Part shown: positions 26,686 through 37,538 of the stretch, in pieces | How positions within the stretch are numbered: the first letter of the stretch is position 1 | Layout of the letters: every line of letters begins with the position of its first letter | Assembly (NCBI RefSeq): GCF_028683095.1 | Contig: NZ_JAJUBC010000028.1 | Location: forward strand, 1-64,000 | From: Enterovibrio gelatinilyticus | Lineage (GTDB): Bacteria; Pseudomonadota; Gammaproteobacteria; Enterobacterales; Vibrionaceae | Direction: 5' to 3' | DNA length: 64,000 nucleotides | Program-made: the position numbers and the translations under genes | Notes under the pieces: model-generated | Database searches by the model: none | Told to the model about the DNA's origin: nothing | Seen by the model: the letters and a program-made list of their open reading frames with translations, nothing else

Positions 26686-27822
26686 TTAGTACAGTGAGGT
26701 TTTGTTGTCTTCGATGAACTTGTCATCCAGACGACCAAACATTTTGTAGTAACACCAAGCGGTGTAGGCAAGAATGATTGGCACCATCACGAAAGCAACA
26801 ACTGTCATGATATTCAGCGTCAATTCACTCGAGGTTGCATCCCACATGGTCAAGCTGTGCGAAGGCACTAGGCTTGATGGCATTACGAATGGGAACATTG
26901 CAAAGCCTGCGGTCAAAATAACGCCCGCAATCGCAAGGCTGTTAAACAAGAAAGCAAAGCCATCACGCTCGAAACGCGCACAAACAGCAACCAGAAGTGG
27001 CATAAACACCGCTAACGCTGGCGCAGCCCATAGCATTGGGTAGGTTTCATAGTTATTGAACAACGCGCCCGTTAGGGTCACCACGTCTTTGTTCAGTGGG
27101 TTTGACGTCGCGTGAGTCACGATTTCACTCGTGATCACATAGAACTCGATGTTCTGAGCCCAGAAGCCAGCCAGTGCAAAGCAAACTGCGGTTAGCACAG
27201 AGGTCACCTGAGCCACGGTGCGCGCACGGGTGTGCAGTGCGTCAGTGGTTTTCATCTGCAAGTACGCGGCGCCTTGGGTCAGAATCATGAACAAACTAAC
27301 CAAGCCACACAGAATCGCAAACGGGTTTAGCAGACCAAAGAAGCCGCCCTTGTATGTTGGAACCAAGAATTCACTCAGCTCAAACGGTACGCCCTGAAGC
27401 AAGTTACCAAATGCCACACCAAAAATGATTGGTGGAACAAAGCTACCAATGAAGATGCCCCAGTCCCACGTTTTACGCCAGCGTGGGTCTTCAATCTTAG
27501 AACGGTAATCGAAACCAATTGGGCGGAACCAAAGTGCCGCTAGGGTTAAGATCATCGCCAGATAGAAACCTGAGAAAGACACGGCATAGACCAAAGGCCA
27601 AGCTGCGAACAATGCACCACCCGCGGTGATTAACCAAACTTGGTTACCATCCCAGTGAGGTGCAATGGAGTTAATCATAACGCGGCGTTCGTTATCGGTT
27701 TTACCGATCACTGGCACGAGTGCGCCAACGCCCATATCAAAACCATCTGTCACGGCGAAACCGATCAGTAGAACACCGATCAGTAGCCACCAGATTAAAC
27801 GTAAAATTTCGTAATCAAACAT
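26686..27822 (-). CDS. cydB: Cytochrome bd-I ubiquinol oxidase subunit II
   Basis: N-terminus MFDYEILRLIWWLLIGVLL…DGFDMGVG…PHWDGNQVWLI is canonical CydB. Confidence 0.93.
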   Translation of the reverse strand: MFDYEILRLIWWLLIGVLLIGFAVTDGFDMGVGALVPVIGKTDNERRVMINSIAPHWDGNQVWLITAGGALFAAWPLVYAVSFSGFYLAMILTLAALWFRPIGFDYRSKIEDPRWRKTWDWGIFIGSFVPPIIFGVAFGNLLQGVPFELSEFLVPTYKGGFFGLLNPFAILCGLVSLFMILTQGAAYLQMKTTDALHTRARTVAQVTSVLTAVCFALAGFWAQNIEFYVITSEIVTHATSNPLNKDVVTLTGALFNNYETYPMLWAAPALAVFMPLLVAVCARFERDGFAFLFNSLAIAGVILTAGFAMFPFVMPSSLVPSHSLTMWDATSSELTLNIMTVVAFVMVPIILAYTAWCYYKMFGRLDDKFIEDNKTSLY

Positions 27823-27836
27823 CGCTCAAGCTCTCC

Positions 27837-29423
27837 TTATGCTTCAAGTTGACGCGCAAGATCCGTTTCCGGAGACTTTTGCTGTTCAAAGTGATAACGG
27901 CCTGTCTTCAAGCTGCTTGGTCCTTTACGCGCGAACTTAACCATCAGGTAAACTTCGGCAATAAGGAACACGGTGTACAACAGGACAATCGCAACCAGTG
28001 AGGTAATGATCTCAGAGGCTGGCAAGTTAGATGCTGCCATGTGTACCGGTAGGATTTCACCCACAGCCCATGGCTGACGACCATACTCTGCAACGAACCA
28101 ACCCGCTTCACTCGCGATCCAAGGCAGTGGGATACCGATAAGAGCAAGTTTCAGAATCCATGGTTTCTGATCAATTTTCTGGCGGCATGTTTGGAAGAAC
28201 GCCATACCAAAGATGAACAGCATCGCGAAGCCACACGCAACCATGATGCGGAAACTCCAGAACAACGGAGCCACCTGCGGAATAGAATCTTTGGCTGCTT
28301 GTTTGATTTGCGCTTCTGTTGCATCGACTACGTTGTCTGTGTGTTCTTTCAGCAATAGGCCGTAACCAAGGTCGCCCTTCACATCATCGAATGCAGCAAC
28401 GTTTTCAGCAGATTTATCACCAGAACGAAGCTTCTCAAGCAAACCATATGCAATCATACCGTTGCGAATACGCACTTCGTGTTCATCAATCAGATCACGC
28501 AAACCAGTGACTTCTTTATCAAACGAACGCGTCGCGATAATACCCATCACATAAGGGATCTTGATGGCGTAGTCGGTTTCCATGGTCTCTTGGTTTGGGA
28601 AGCCAAACAGGGTAAACGCAGCAGGAGCGGGTTCTGTGTGCCACTCTGCTTCAATTGCGGCAAGTTTCACTCGCTGCACGTCACCAAGCTCGTAGCCAGA
28701 CTCATCACCCAGCACGATAGTAGACAGGATACCCGCCATACCAAACGATGCGGCAATAGCAAATGAACGACGAGCAAATGCAACGTCGCGGCCTTTTAGT
28801 AGGTAGTAAGCACTGATACCCAGGACAAACATTGCCCCCGTGGTGTAGCCCGCAGCTACCGTGTGTACAAACTTAACCTGAGCAACTGGGTTAAGTACCA
28901 CTTCCGCAAAGCTCACCATTTCCATACGCATGCTTTCGAAATTGAATTCAGCGCCGATCGGATTTTGCATCCAACCATTCGCCACCAAAATCCAAAGCGC
29001 AGAGAAGTTTGAGCCAATTGCCATTAACCAAGTAACGGTAAGGTGTTGGCGTTTGGTTAGGCGGTCCCAACCGAAGAAGAACATACCCACAAGCGTCGAT
29101 TCGAGGAAGAAAGCCATAAGGGCTTCAATCGCTAGAGGTGCACCAAAAATGTCGCCGACGTAATGAGAGTAATATGCCCAGTTAGTACCGAACTGGAACT
29201 CCATTGTTAGGCCTGTTGCCACGCCTAGTGCGAAGTTGATACCGAAAAGCTTACCCCAGAACTTAGTCATGTCCTTGTAGATTTGCTTGTCCGTCATCAC
29301 ATACAACGACTCCATAATGGCAAGCAGGAATGCCATACCTAGAGTCAGTGGGACAAATAAGAAGTGATACATCGCGGTGAGAGCAAATTGGAACCGCGAC
29401 AGATCCACAATATCAGTTAACAT
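27837..29423 (-). CDS. cydA: Cytochrome bd-I ubiquinol oxidase subunit I
   Basis: [38 protein letters not shown]… aligns residue-for-residue with the E. coli CydA N-terminus, through the Q-loop and the GRYHFEQ tail. Start ATG 29423 with a GGAGG SD. The ORF track begins 23 codons upstream. Confidence 0.93.
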   Translation of the reverse strand: MLTDIVDLSRFQFALTAMYHFLFVPLTLGMAFLLAIMESLYVMTDKQIYKDMTKFWGKLFGINFALGVATGLTMEFQFGTNWAYYSHYVGDIFGAPLAIEALMAFFLESTLVGMFFFGWDRLTKRQHLTVTWLMAIGSNFSALWILVANGWMQNPIGAEFNFESMRMEMVSFAEVVLNPVAQVKFVHTVAAGYTTGAMFVLGISAYYLLKGRDVAFARRSFAIAASFGMAGILSTIVLGDESGYELGDVQRVKLAAIEAEWHTEPAPAAFTLFGFPNQETMETDYAIKIPYVMGIIATRSFDKEVTGLRDLIDEHEVRIRNGMIAYGLLEKLRSGDKSAENVAAFDDVKGDLGYGLLLKEHTDNVVDATEAQIKQAAKDSIPQVAPLFWSFRIMVACGFAMLFIFGMAFFQTCRQKIDQKPWILKLALIGIPLPWIASEAGWFVAEYGRQPWAVGEILPVHMAASNLPASEIITSLVAIVLLYTVFLIAEVYLMVKFARKGPSSLKTGRYHFEQQKSPETDLARQLEA

Positions 29424-29828
29424 AGTAACTCCTTCCTCGTCAGGCTGACTGACGCGCGATACTTTCGTATCGATAAGTAAATGCTTAAACACATGCGCGC
29501 CTTACGTGACGCGCTTAACAGAGCTTCCTTACGGGAGCCGTGTGAACGACTCTCCTTTTTTATGTTGCATGTATGTTTTTCACTGGTTAGGATTTTGTTA
29601 AGCAACACCTAATATAGTGACAGCTAATACTAATCATTATGTGGAGCCGCTTCAAAGCATTTGGGTGTTTCACTCTTTGATTGCTGTCTAATTAATCAAT
29701 TTTTACTGTCTCAAATCGACCCTTTGTTAGATCTTGATCAATTTCGATGCGCAAAATTGACAACAGACGAACGAATCTAGCACGTGATTTCCGCACTAGA
29801 GAGTATGAGGTAGTAATCTGAAAATAGA

Positions 29829-29856
29829 AAAGGCCAGCAGAAATGCTGGCCTTTAT
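29829..29856 (-). terminator. Rho-independent terminator downstream of ruvB
   Basis: ggccagca-gaaa-tgctggcc hairpin with a T-rich tract on the minus strand. Confidence 0.6.
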
Positions 29857-29885
29857 GCGTCATTTTCGACGAGGTAAGCGATGAC

Positions 29886-30893
29886 CTACTCGGGTAAATC
29901 AAACCCAAAGTGCAGATAAGCACGCTGACTAGCAATACGTCCTCGCGGAGTACGTTGCAGGTAACCTTGTTGAATCAGGTATGGTTCCAGCACGTCTTCA
30001 ATCGTATCTTTTGCTTCACCTATAGCTGCAGCAAGGTTATCGAGGCCCACTGGACCACCATCGAACTTTTCAATGATCGACTTTAGAAGCTTTCTGTCCA
30101 TATAGTCGAAGCCACGATTATCAACGTCTAGCATATCCAAGGCTTTAGAAGCGATATCAGCATTGATCTCGCCATCAGCTTTTACTTCGGCGTAATCACG
30201 TACACGGCGCAGAAGGCGGTTTGCAATACGCGGTGTGCCGCGTGCACGTTTCGCAATCTCATAAGCCCCTTCTTCATCAATCACTAAGTTCAAACAGTTT
30301 GCACTTCGCTGAACAATGCCTTTCAAGTCGGCAACGTTGTAGTACTCAAGACGCTGCGTAATACCAAAACGGTCACGCAGTGGTGACGTTAGTGAGCCTG
30401 CACGGGTGGTCGCCCCTACCAACGTAAACGGTGGTAAATCAATTTTGATTGAACGCGCCGCAGGACCTTCACCGATCATGATATCCAGCTGATAGTCTTC
30501 CATCGCGGGATACAACACTTCTTCAACCACAGGGCTTAGACGGTGGATTTCATCAATGAATAATACGTCGTGAGGTTCAAGGTTGGTCAGCAATGCGGCC
30601 AAATCACCCGCTTTTTCGAGAACGGGGCCAGAGGTGGTACGGATATTCACATCCATCTCATTGGCAACAATGTTTGCTAAGGTAGTTTTCCCCAGCCCAG
30701 GTGGGCCGAAGATCAGCAAATGATCGAGTGCTTCTTCGCGCTTTCTCGCTGCATGGATGAAGATTTCCATTTGGCTGCGCACATGATCCTGACCTTTGTA
30801 GTCTTCCAACATCTTAGGTCGAATCGCACGGTCAATGATCTCGTCTTCTTTCATTGGTGGTACTGAGCTTATCAGGCGATCTGCTTCAATCAT
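29886..30893 (-). CDS. ruvB: Holliday junction branch-migration ATPase RuvB
   Basis: AAA+ Walker [10 protein letters not shown], Walker B LFIDEIHR, and an N-terminus matching RuvB. Confidence 0.95.
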   Translation of the reverse strand: MIEADRLISSVPPMKEDEIIDRAIRPKMLEDYKGQDHVRSQMEIFIHAARKREEALDHLLIFGPPGLGKTTLANIVANEMDVNIRTTSGPVLEKAGDLAALLTNLEPHDVLFIDEIHRLSPVVEEVLYPAMEDYQLDIMIGEGPAARSIKIDLPPFTLVGATTRAGSLTSPLRDRFGITQRLEYYNVADLKGIVQRSANCLNLVIDEEGAYEIAKRARGTPRIANRLLRRVRDYAEVKADGEINADIASKALDMLDVDNRGFDYMDRKLLKSIIEKFDGGPVGLDNLAAAIGEAKDTIEDVLEPYLIQQGYLQRTPRGRIASQRAYLHFGFDLPE

Positions 30894-30906
30894 CTCATCG
30901 GCTCCA

Positions 30907-31536
30907 TTACACCATCGAACGCAATGCGTCGCGGATGATGGCTTCGCTGGTCATGCCATCATGGGCTACCTGCTTCACCACTTTCTCAGCTTGTGCTGCT
31001 TTGTAACCAAGCGCAATCAGAGCGCTCATGGCTTCATCTTTAGGGTTGGTTGACGCTGCCACCACCGTACTTGTGCTGCTTTCACGACGGGCAGCCGCGT
31101 CAGCATGTGGTGTGAGCAAATCAAAGGCATGCCAGTTCTTCAAACGGTCACGCATTTCAATGACCAAGCGTTCCGCCGTTTTCTTACCAACACCTGGGAT
31201 TTTCACCAACGTCGACACATCTTCGCGCTCTACACTGTCAACAAACTGTGTGGCTGTCATGCCAGACAAAATAGCGAGACCCAATTTAGGCCCAACACCG
31301 TTAGCTTTAATGACTTCGCGGAACAACGCGCGCTCAACCGTGGTGTTAAAACCATAAAGCAATTGTGCATCTTCACGCACAACAAAATGGGTATAAACAA
31401 TGGCTTCTTCACCAGCGTCTGGAAGCTCATAGAAGCAACTCATCGGCATACTGACTTCATAGCCAATACCGTTGACTTCTAGAAGGATTTCAGGGGGTTG
31501 TTTTTCAAGCAGGGTTCCGCGTAATCGACCAATCAC
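30907..31536 (-). CDS. ruvA: Holliday junction DNA helicase subunit RuvA
   Basis: (M)[27 protein letters not shown]… is canonical RuvA. GTG start. Confidence 0.93.
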   Translation of the reverse strand: MIGRLRGTLLEKQPPEILLEVNGIGYEVSMPMSCFYELPDAGEEAIVYTHFVVREDAQLLYGFNTTVERALFREVIKANGVGPKLGLAILSGMTATQFVDSVEREDVSTLVKIPGVGKKTAERLVIEMRDRLKNWHAFDLLTPHADAAARRESSTSTVVAASTNPKDEAMSALIALGYKAAQAEKVVKQVAHDGMTSEAIIRDALRSMV

Positions 31537-31583
31537 AGTGTGGACTCGTTTTTTTGGTATTAATTGACGTTAGGATAATAAAC

Positions 31584-31603
31584 AACTGGATAGATATCCA
31601 GTT
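31584..31603. promoter_or_regulatory. LexA (SOS) box upstream of ruvAB
   Basis: aaCTGGATAgATATCCAGtt is CTG-N10-CAG. Its core is essentially identical to the E. coli ruvA SOS box CTGGATATCTATCCAG. It lies 48 bp upstream of the ruvA start. Confidence 0.75.
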
Positions 31604-31756
31604 TTAATCCCTGAGCACCACCAGAAATGCCAGCGCGATCCGCGTGATTGACGCGCTTTATCCATTAGGGAAAATCGAAACTGGCAACGAAGCATGTGCG
31701 GTGCCGACCTATCTGTAAAACTGGAACCCACATACTGAGGCTTATAAATAGCAAAA

Positions 31757-31785
31757 AAAGTAGGGTGCAAACCCTACCTTTTAAT
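31757..31785. terminator. Bidirectional rho-independent terminator after the DUF3012 lipoprotein gene
   Basis: gtagggt-gcaaa-ccctac hairpin flanked by an A-run and a T-run. Confidence 0.65.
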
Positions 31786-31811
31786 TGCCTAATTGCCGGA
31801 AACGTCAAGCT

Positions 31812-31970
31812 TTAAAACACACAGTGTTTAGCGAAATCTGTTGCTTCATTGGCGGACCAATCGCCTTTTGGCTTTTCTTTTAACTCTTTGCACCAATCAT
31901 CACTGCCAACTTCTGGCGAACAACCCGCGACAAAAAATACGACCGCTAACATAGCGAACATTTTCTTCAT
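31812..31970 (-). CDS. Small lipoprotein, DUF3012-like (MKKMFAMLAVVFFVAGCSPEVGSDDWCKELKEKPKGDWSANEATDFAKHCVF)
   Basis: Lipobox FVAGCS. 52 aa with Cys-x…Cys. Start chosen at ATG 31970, preceded by a GGAAAG SD. The ORF track extends 30 codons upstream. Confidence 0.55.
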   Translation of the reverse strand: MKKMFAMLAVVFFVAGCSPEVGSDDWCKELKEKPKGDWSANEATDFAKHCVF

Positions 31971-32359
31971 GTTACTTTCCTTGTGCTTCATCTTAACGTT
32001 TCGTGAACAGCCTACGCTTAGCAAAACTGGCAACCATCTCGACTTGGTAAAGGCAATCACACGTTACCATCTGATTGCTATCAACCAACGTCGGAGAATA
32101 AACCAACGCTACACGCCCTTCGCAAGTGCATCAGACTCAGCAAAGTACAACAAAGTCACAGCAATGCACTTGAATGCACATCTCAATAGGAAAGAGTCAT
32201 CAGCAATATTGTATTGTTTCGTGAACTCAGTGACCGTAAACGTACCTACACAGGTCAATTAGTTAGCAGACTATACCCAGTCAAACTGAAGACGCTCGAT
32301 TTCTGAGACCATCAGTGCGTCCCTCCCTTTGGGCGAATTTAATGACGCCATGCTCGGTG

Positions 32360-34162
32360 TTATCCCTTTTTGATGGAGAGCACTTCATTGGATTCAGAGA
32401 CAACAAGCTGCAATGATGCAAACTCACGATACAAGGCGCTCGTTTCCATTAATTCTTGATGGGAACCACTCGCTACCAACTGGCCATCATCAAGAACCAA
32501 AATACGGTCAGCATTCACTACGGTTGCAAGGCGGTGAGCAATCACTAACGAGGTTTTCCCTTCCATCAGGGTATCCAATGCTTGTTTGACCTGATGTTCA
32601 CTGACAGCATCCAATGCGCTGGTTGCTTCATCCAACAGCAAAATAGGACGGTCTGCCAAGATAGCGCGAGCTATCGAAATGCGCTGTTTTTGCCCACCAG
32701 ACAAACGCACACCGCGTTCACCCAATTCCGTGAGGTAGCCGTGTGGTAAGGCTTCAATAAATTCATGAGCACGTGCTGCTTTACACGCTTCAATTACTTT
32801 TTCTTCACTCGCATCGGGCGCACCATACCGTACGTTTTCCAATACGTTAGTTGCAAAAATCACCGACTCTTGTGGCACCAAAGCAAACTGGTCACGAAGC
32901 GTTTTTAATGACATGTCTTTAAGCGGCACACCGTCTAACAATGTTTTTCCGTTTTGGATATCAAAAAAACGTTGAAGCAAGGTAAACACTGAGCTTTTCC
33001 CTGCCCCACTCGGCCCGACTAAAGCGACTCGCTCTCCCGCTTTTACATCAAACGATAAAGACGAGAAAACAGGCAGGTTTTCATCACCCGGATAAGTAAA
33101 TGAAACATCAGAAAACGTCACATTACCTTTCGCATGGGAAGGAAAATCAACAGGTGAATCAGGATCTTGGATATCAGATTGCATACGCGAAAGCTCTATC
33201 AAACGCTCCGTTGCACCTGCTGCGCGTTGAATGTCGCCAATCACTTCACTGATGGTTGCCACTCCCCCTGCGACTAACAAGGCATAAAACATAAAGGCGG
33301 ATAACTGACCCGCTGTCAACGAGCCATCCAACACATTTAATGCGCCAACCCATGTCACGAGAATAATCGCAACAATACTAAGCAATACCACAGAAGCCAT
33401 TAACGACGCACGGTAACGAATGCGCAGTCTCGCTGCATCCATAACTGCTTCAACACGTGATGAGAAATGAAAAGAGTCTGCCTCTTCATGACCATAAGAT
33501 TGAACGGTACGGATCTCGTGTAGTGTTTCATCGACGTGCGAACCAAGATCTGCCACTTTGTCTTGGCTCACTCTGGCTAACTGCCGCACTTTGCGCCCCA
33601 ACACGCCAATAGGTACCAACACAACAGGCACGGCGAGCAATACCAAGCCCGTTAACGTTAGGCTTGTGACCGCCATCATGATCAAGCCACCTGTGACTGA
33701 CACAGCAGATCGAAGTGCCATCGACAAACTCGACCCAACCACGGTTTGCAGCAACGTCGTATCCGCCGTAAAACGGCTGATCACTTCGCCAGTTCGCTCT
33801 TTGGCGTAAAACGTTGGAGATAAATGTAGAAGCTGTTGGTAGACCTTAATGCGGATGTCGGCGCTCACGCGTTCGCCTAGCCAACTCATAAGGTAGAAAC
33901 GGAAAAAAGTGGCAATGCCGCTGACAAAAGTAATCGCGAGGATCACTAACATCATCTGATCAAGACGCGATGCGTTGCCCGTCAGGAACCCATCATCGAC
34001 GATGAGTTTGACGCCTTGGCCGAGAGCAAGCCAGCTGAGTGAACCCAGCATGAGGAAGATAACCGCGCCAATCACACGCGAACGATAAGGCGCAAGAAAG
34101 CTAGCAATCCATGTCAAAACAGAACGCGTACTTTGAGATGCTGGTAATGTGGACGTTGGCAC
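32360..34162 (-). CDS. ABC transporter, fused permease/ATP-binding protein (type I exporter, MsbA/multidrug-like)
   Basis: Six-TM ABC_membrane domain, then Walker A GPSGAGKSS, the ABC signature LSGGQKQR and Walker B ILLLDEATSALD. Confidence 0.85.
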   Translation of the reverse strand: MPTSTLPASQSTRSVLTWIASFLAPYRSRVIGAVIFLMLGSLSWLALGQGVKLIVDDGFLTGNASRLDQMMLVILAITFVSGIATFFRFYLMSWLGERVSADIRIKVYQQLLHLSPTFYAKERTGEVISRFTADTTLLQTVVGSSLSMALRSAVSVTGGLIMMAVTSLTLTGLVLLAVPVVLVPIGVLGRKVRQLARVSQDKVADLGSHVDETLHEIRTVQSYGHEEADSFHFSSRVEAVMDAARLRIRYRASLMASVVLLSIVAIILVTWVGALNVLDGSLTAGQLSAFMFYALLVAGGVATISEVIGDIQRAAGATERLIELSRMQSDIQDPDSPVDFPSHAKGNVTFSDVSFTYPGDENLPVFSSLSFDVKAGERVALVGPSGAGKSSVFTLLQRFFDIQNGKTLLDGVPLKDMSLKTLRDQFALVPQESVIFATNVLENVRYGAPDASEEKVIEACKAARAHEFIEALPHGYLTELGERGVRLSGGQKQRISIARAILADRPILLLDEATSALDAVSEHQVKQALDTLMEGKTSLVIAHRLATVVNADRILVLDDGQLVASGSHQELMETSALYREFASLQLVVSESNEVLSIKKG

Positions 34163-34299
34163 GGCGAGTCCTTTCTACGAATGATTGGCTTACTATACCC
34201 AAACTCCCTGAATATACCCAAGAAACCTGAATAAGCTCTCCGTGCACCTGCTCACTTCAACCTTCGATTTATCCTTTGTGTAAGAATATTTAGCTTCAG

Positions 34300-34743
34300 C
34301 TAACGACGCAACTGATGTGCAAGAACGATTTTTGACACCTTGTCGTCGGAGAACCAATAAACGATGCCATTTTCGTTATCCACTAGATGCTTCGCCGACT
34401 TGCTGGCTCTAAGAGTACGTTCAACCTTGCTTCTACTCTCGCCAATCGACAGGTAATTTGCATCTTTATAACTACGGTCAAAGATAATGATTGTTCTTAC
34501 TTTGCCATCTAAATGATTAATCGTGGCATCGAATTTTTTATAGCGATATTTCGTAAAATTATCGTATTCCACTACGCGAGCCGCTTTTCCATGATGATGT
34601 TTTAACGACTGCAGCGTCGACTGTCCGACTTTTATATTTTTGTATTCCGAATCGTAATTCATCACATCATCAAACGCGTGAACAGCGTCAGATAAAACAG
34701 CGAAAAGTAAGACAATGAATAGAGCGGAGATGTGTTTGAACAT
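34300..34743 (-). CDS. Hypothetical exported protein
   Basis: Signal peptide MFKHISALFIVLLFAVLSDAVHA with start at ATG 34743. No recognisable motif. Confidence 0.45.
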   Translation of the reverse strand: MFKHISALFIVLLFAVLSDAVHAFDDVMNYDSEYKNIKVGQSTLQSLKHHHGKAARVVEYDNFTKYRYKKFDATINHLDGKVRTIIIFDRSYKDANYLSIGESRSKVERTLRASKSAKHLVDNENGIVYWFSDDKVSKIVLAHQLRR

Positions 34744-34885
34744 ATTTCTTGTCCCTAAGTATCTGCAGGTAAACAAACGTCAAAGGGACAAGTGAAACAT
34801 GTTTATTACATAAAACCGATTGTGATGGAGAACTTCGCTATCAACATCACTGAAAATTCGATGTTGTTACAGCGTTTTCCTTCAC

Positions 34886-35317
34886 TCAATCAACCTGTTC
34901 CAGATCGCCTTTTCTTGTTTGATAAAGCAAAAACGCCGCTGACACCCACACTAAACACGCCATCACAAACAAGATTCCACCATCATTGCCGACAACTTCA
35001 CCCGCTTCATTAAACACAGGCTGCGCAACGCCAATTGGCGTGAAAAGGTGGAAGAAGATAGCGCCAGTCATGGTGCCGACCGCCATGAATGCGCCGAGTG
35101 CATGAAGACGTGTGAACAGTAAGATCGATGCGATAAGTTCAGCAATGCCCACCATGTAAGCACCGTACTGACCAAACCATGCCAGCCCAGACCACTCACC
35201 CAATGTGCCAAAGATAAATGTGGTTTCAGGTGAACCTGTAAACTTGAAGAAGAGCGATTGCACAAACACAAACGCGATAAAGATGCACAAACCCCATTTA
35301 ACATATTTCATTGTCAC
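34886..35317 (-). CDS. DoxX-family membrane protein
   Basis: 143 aa, four TM helices with DoxX-like topology and composition. Confidence 0.55.
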   Translation of the reverse strand: MTMKYVKWGLCIFIAFVFVQSLFFKFTGSPETTFIFGTLGEWSGLAWFGQYGAYMVGIAELIASILLFTRLHALGAFMAVGTMTGAIFFHLFTPIGVAQPVFNEAGEVVGNDGGILFVMACLVWVSAAFLLYQTRKGDLEQVD

Positions 35318-35442
35318 TCCGCCTTATAACACCCTGAAATCAAGTCATTTAACGATAGGAAAAAGCACATGTTTTGCCACTTTTCCGAGTGAGAAGTGTG
35401 CTTCCTAACATCCATATTTTTCCCTATATCGCGTGGCAGCAC

Positions 35443-35826
35443 TCAGTACATGGTGTTCCCATTTTTTGTTTCTGATGGCACTTCTTGGATTGCATCCCAG
35501 TGCTCTACAATTTTTCCATTGTCATCAAAACGGAAAAAATCCATGGTGACGTACTGAACACTTCCAGGCCATGTTTGTAGCGTATGAAGCGCTACTAATT
35601 CGCCCTGTGCTATTGCCCGAACAAACTCAATCTCTTTATCAGGATAATCCCGTGCCATTTCGTCAAAGTAGTCGATAAATGCTTGTTTACCGTCACCTAC
35701 AAGCGGGTTGTGCTGGATGTATTCATCCCCAACATATTGCTCAACTGCCTTTGCAGGCTCGCCCATGTAAGCGGTTTGATAGAACGCAATCGCGCTCTGT
35801 TTCATTTGTTCCAAATCATGCCCCAT
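35443..35826 (-). CDS. SnoaL-like/NTF2-fold protein (predicted ester cyclase-like)
   Basis: 127 aa with an NTF2-like alpha+beta pattern (…FYQTAYMGEP…EYIQHNP…HWD…). Confidence 0.5.
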   Translation of the reverse strand: MGHDLEQMKQSAIAFYQTAYMGEPAKAVEQYVGDEYIQHNPLVGDGKQAFIDYFDEMARDYPDKEIEFVRAIAQGELVALHTLQTWPGSVQYVTMDFFRFDDNGKIVEHWDAIQEVPSETKNGNTMY

Positions 35827-36106
35827 AACTAGACCCTCTTTATCATTAAAACATTACAAGCCAAACAGGATTTATACTTATCTTCACACAACTAGAAGAT
35901 AGAAAAGTGCACGTTACTTCAGTGTCAAACGCCACCATAACGATGCGAGTCTGGCATACACAAATGTTATGAACGCACTTATCATTGAGAATGAATGAAC
36001 CTTTTTTAACACCAAATAATGCCTGATAAACTGAGGTACTTGAGATTTGGATGGGCATAAAAAAAGCAGCCAAAGCTGCTTTTTTTAAATGGATGTCGGA
36101 AATGAT

Positions 36107-36628
36107 CTAACGATAACGCCCGCGCCTAGCACTCGTCGCTTTTCCCGCCATTGCTACCAGGGTGTGGTTGGTGTGAGCATGACAGATAGCAACCGCCAAG
36201 GCATCGGCGGCGTCGGCTTGTGGTGTTGAAGGCAATTTCAGCATGTGCACAACCATGTGCTGAACTTGCTTCTTATCAGCACCACCATTGCCGACAACTG
36301 ATTGTTTGATGAGACGCGCCGCATACTCGCTAACAGGCAAGCTGGCGTTAACCGCGGCAACCATGGCAGCACCACGCGCTTGACCTAGCTTTAGAGCGGA
36401 ATCCGCGTTGCGAGCCATAAACACCTGCTCAATCGCGAAGGTGTCTGGCTGAAATTGGGTGATAACTTCACTCACACCCGCATAGATTTGACCAAGTCGC
36501 CCTGCCAAATCTTCAGAATCTGTACGAATACAACCACTGCCAAGGTATTCAAGGTGTCTACCTTGATGGCGGATCACGCCGTAGCCTGTGATCCGCGAGC
36601 CCGGGTCAATCCCGAGAATAATTGCCAC
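36107..36628 (-). CDS. ruvC: Crossover junction endodeoxyribonuclease RuvC
   Basis: [18 protein letters not shown]… is canonical RuvC, with the catalytic D8 and E67-like residues. Confidence 0.93.
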   Translation of the reverse strand: MAIILGIDPGSRITGYGVIRHQGRHLEYLGSGCIRTDSEDLAGRLGQIYAGVSEVITQFQPDTFAIEQVFMARNADSALKLGQARGAAMVAAVNASLPVSEYAARLIKQSVVGNGGADKKQVQHMVVHMLKLPSTPQADAADALAVAICHAHTNHTLVAMAGKATSARRGRYR

Positions 36629-36634
36629 GAATAC

Positions 36635-37381
36635 TTATTCCAATGTTGCTGCGACTTCGTCAGAAATATCACCGTTGTGGTAAACCTCTTGCACGTCATC
36701 TAAATCTTCAAGGGCATCAATCAAACGAAGCAGCTTAGGTGCTGTGGTTTCGTCTAAATCTGCTTTAGTGGAAGGAACAAGCGTCACTTCAGCGTTCTGA
36801 GCTTCAAAGCCTGCAGCATCCAACGCATCTTTCACCGCACCAAATTCAGCTGGCGTGGTGTAAACGTCCATAGAGCCATCTTCGTGTGTTTCAACGTCGT
36901 CAGCACCGCCTTCTAGCGCAGCTTCCATCACTTCATCTTCATCCAAGCCCGGCGCGTAAGAAATCACCCCTTTCTTGTCGAACAAGTAGTTCACACTGCC
37001 GTCAGTACCGAGGTTTCCGCCTGACTTAGAGAACGCATGACGAACACCAGATACCGTGCGGTTACGGTTGTCTGTCATGCATTCAACCATCACTGCCGTG
37101 CCTGCAGGACCGTAGCCTTCATAGATGACAGTTTCCATGCCTTCGTCGCCTTCACCACCAGCGCCACGGGTTACAGCGCGGTTAACGGTGTCACGCGTCA
37201 TGTTATTCGACAGCGCTTTATCGATGGCTGCACGTAGGCGCGGATTGTTCTCAGGCTCTGCGCCACCTTCTTTGGCAGCTACGGTGATTTCACGGATGAG
37301 TTTGGTGAAGATTTTGCCGCGCTTGGCATCTTGCGCAGCTTTGCGGTGTTTGATGTTGGCGAATTTACTGTGACCTGCCAT
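36635..37381 (-). CDS. yebC: YebC/PmpR-family transcriptional regulator
   Basis: [28 protein letters not shown]… is the YebC signature. It lies immediately upstream of ruvC, as in E. coli. Confidence 0.92.
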   Translation of the reverse strand: MAGHSKFANIKHRKAAQDAKRGKIFTKLIREITVAAKEGGAEPENNPRLRAAIDKALSNNMTRDTVNRAVTRGAGGEGDEGMETVIYEGYGPAGTAVMVECMTDNRNRTVSGVRHAFSKSGGNLGTDGSVNYLFDKKGVISYAPGLDEDEVMEAALEGGADDVETHEDGSMDVYTTPAEFGAVKDALDAAGFEAQNAEVTLVPSTKADLDETTAPKLLRLIDALEDLDDVQEVYHNGDISDEVAATLE

Positions 37382-37538
37382 TTCTCACTCCTTTTGTCAG
37401 CAGCCGACACGCCGCTGAAGTTGTTACGTTAGTTCTTGGATTTATAGCAAAACAGAACGCAAATGTCTGAGACAGCACCCATTATAGAAACAAATAAGGC
37501 CAGATAATCTGGCCTTATTGTTAGAAGAGGTGTTCGAC

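Noticed and set aside
29417-29608. 63-aa minus-strand ORF upstream of cydA
   Set aside because: It overlaps the cydA SD and start region and lies in the known long regulatory leader of cydAB. No SD, and K/R-rich random composition.
29690-29760. TTGAT/ATCAA-like half-sites in the cydA upstream region, considered as FNR/ArcA sites
   Set aside because: No pair with the required TTGAT-N4-ATCAA spacing was found by eye. Cannot be supported without a matrix scan.
31570-31770. 66-aa minus-strand ORF between ruvA and the DUF3012 gene
   Set aside because: It spans the ruvA promoter/LexA-box region and a terminator hairpin. Unlikely to be coding.
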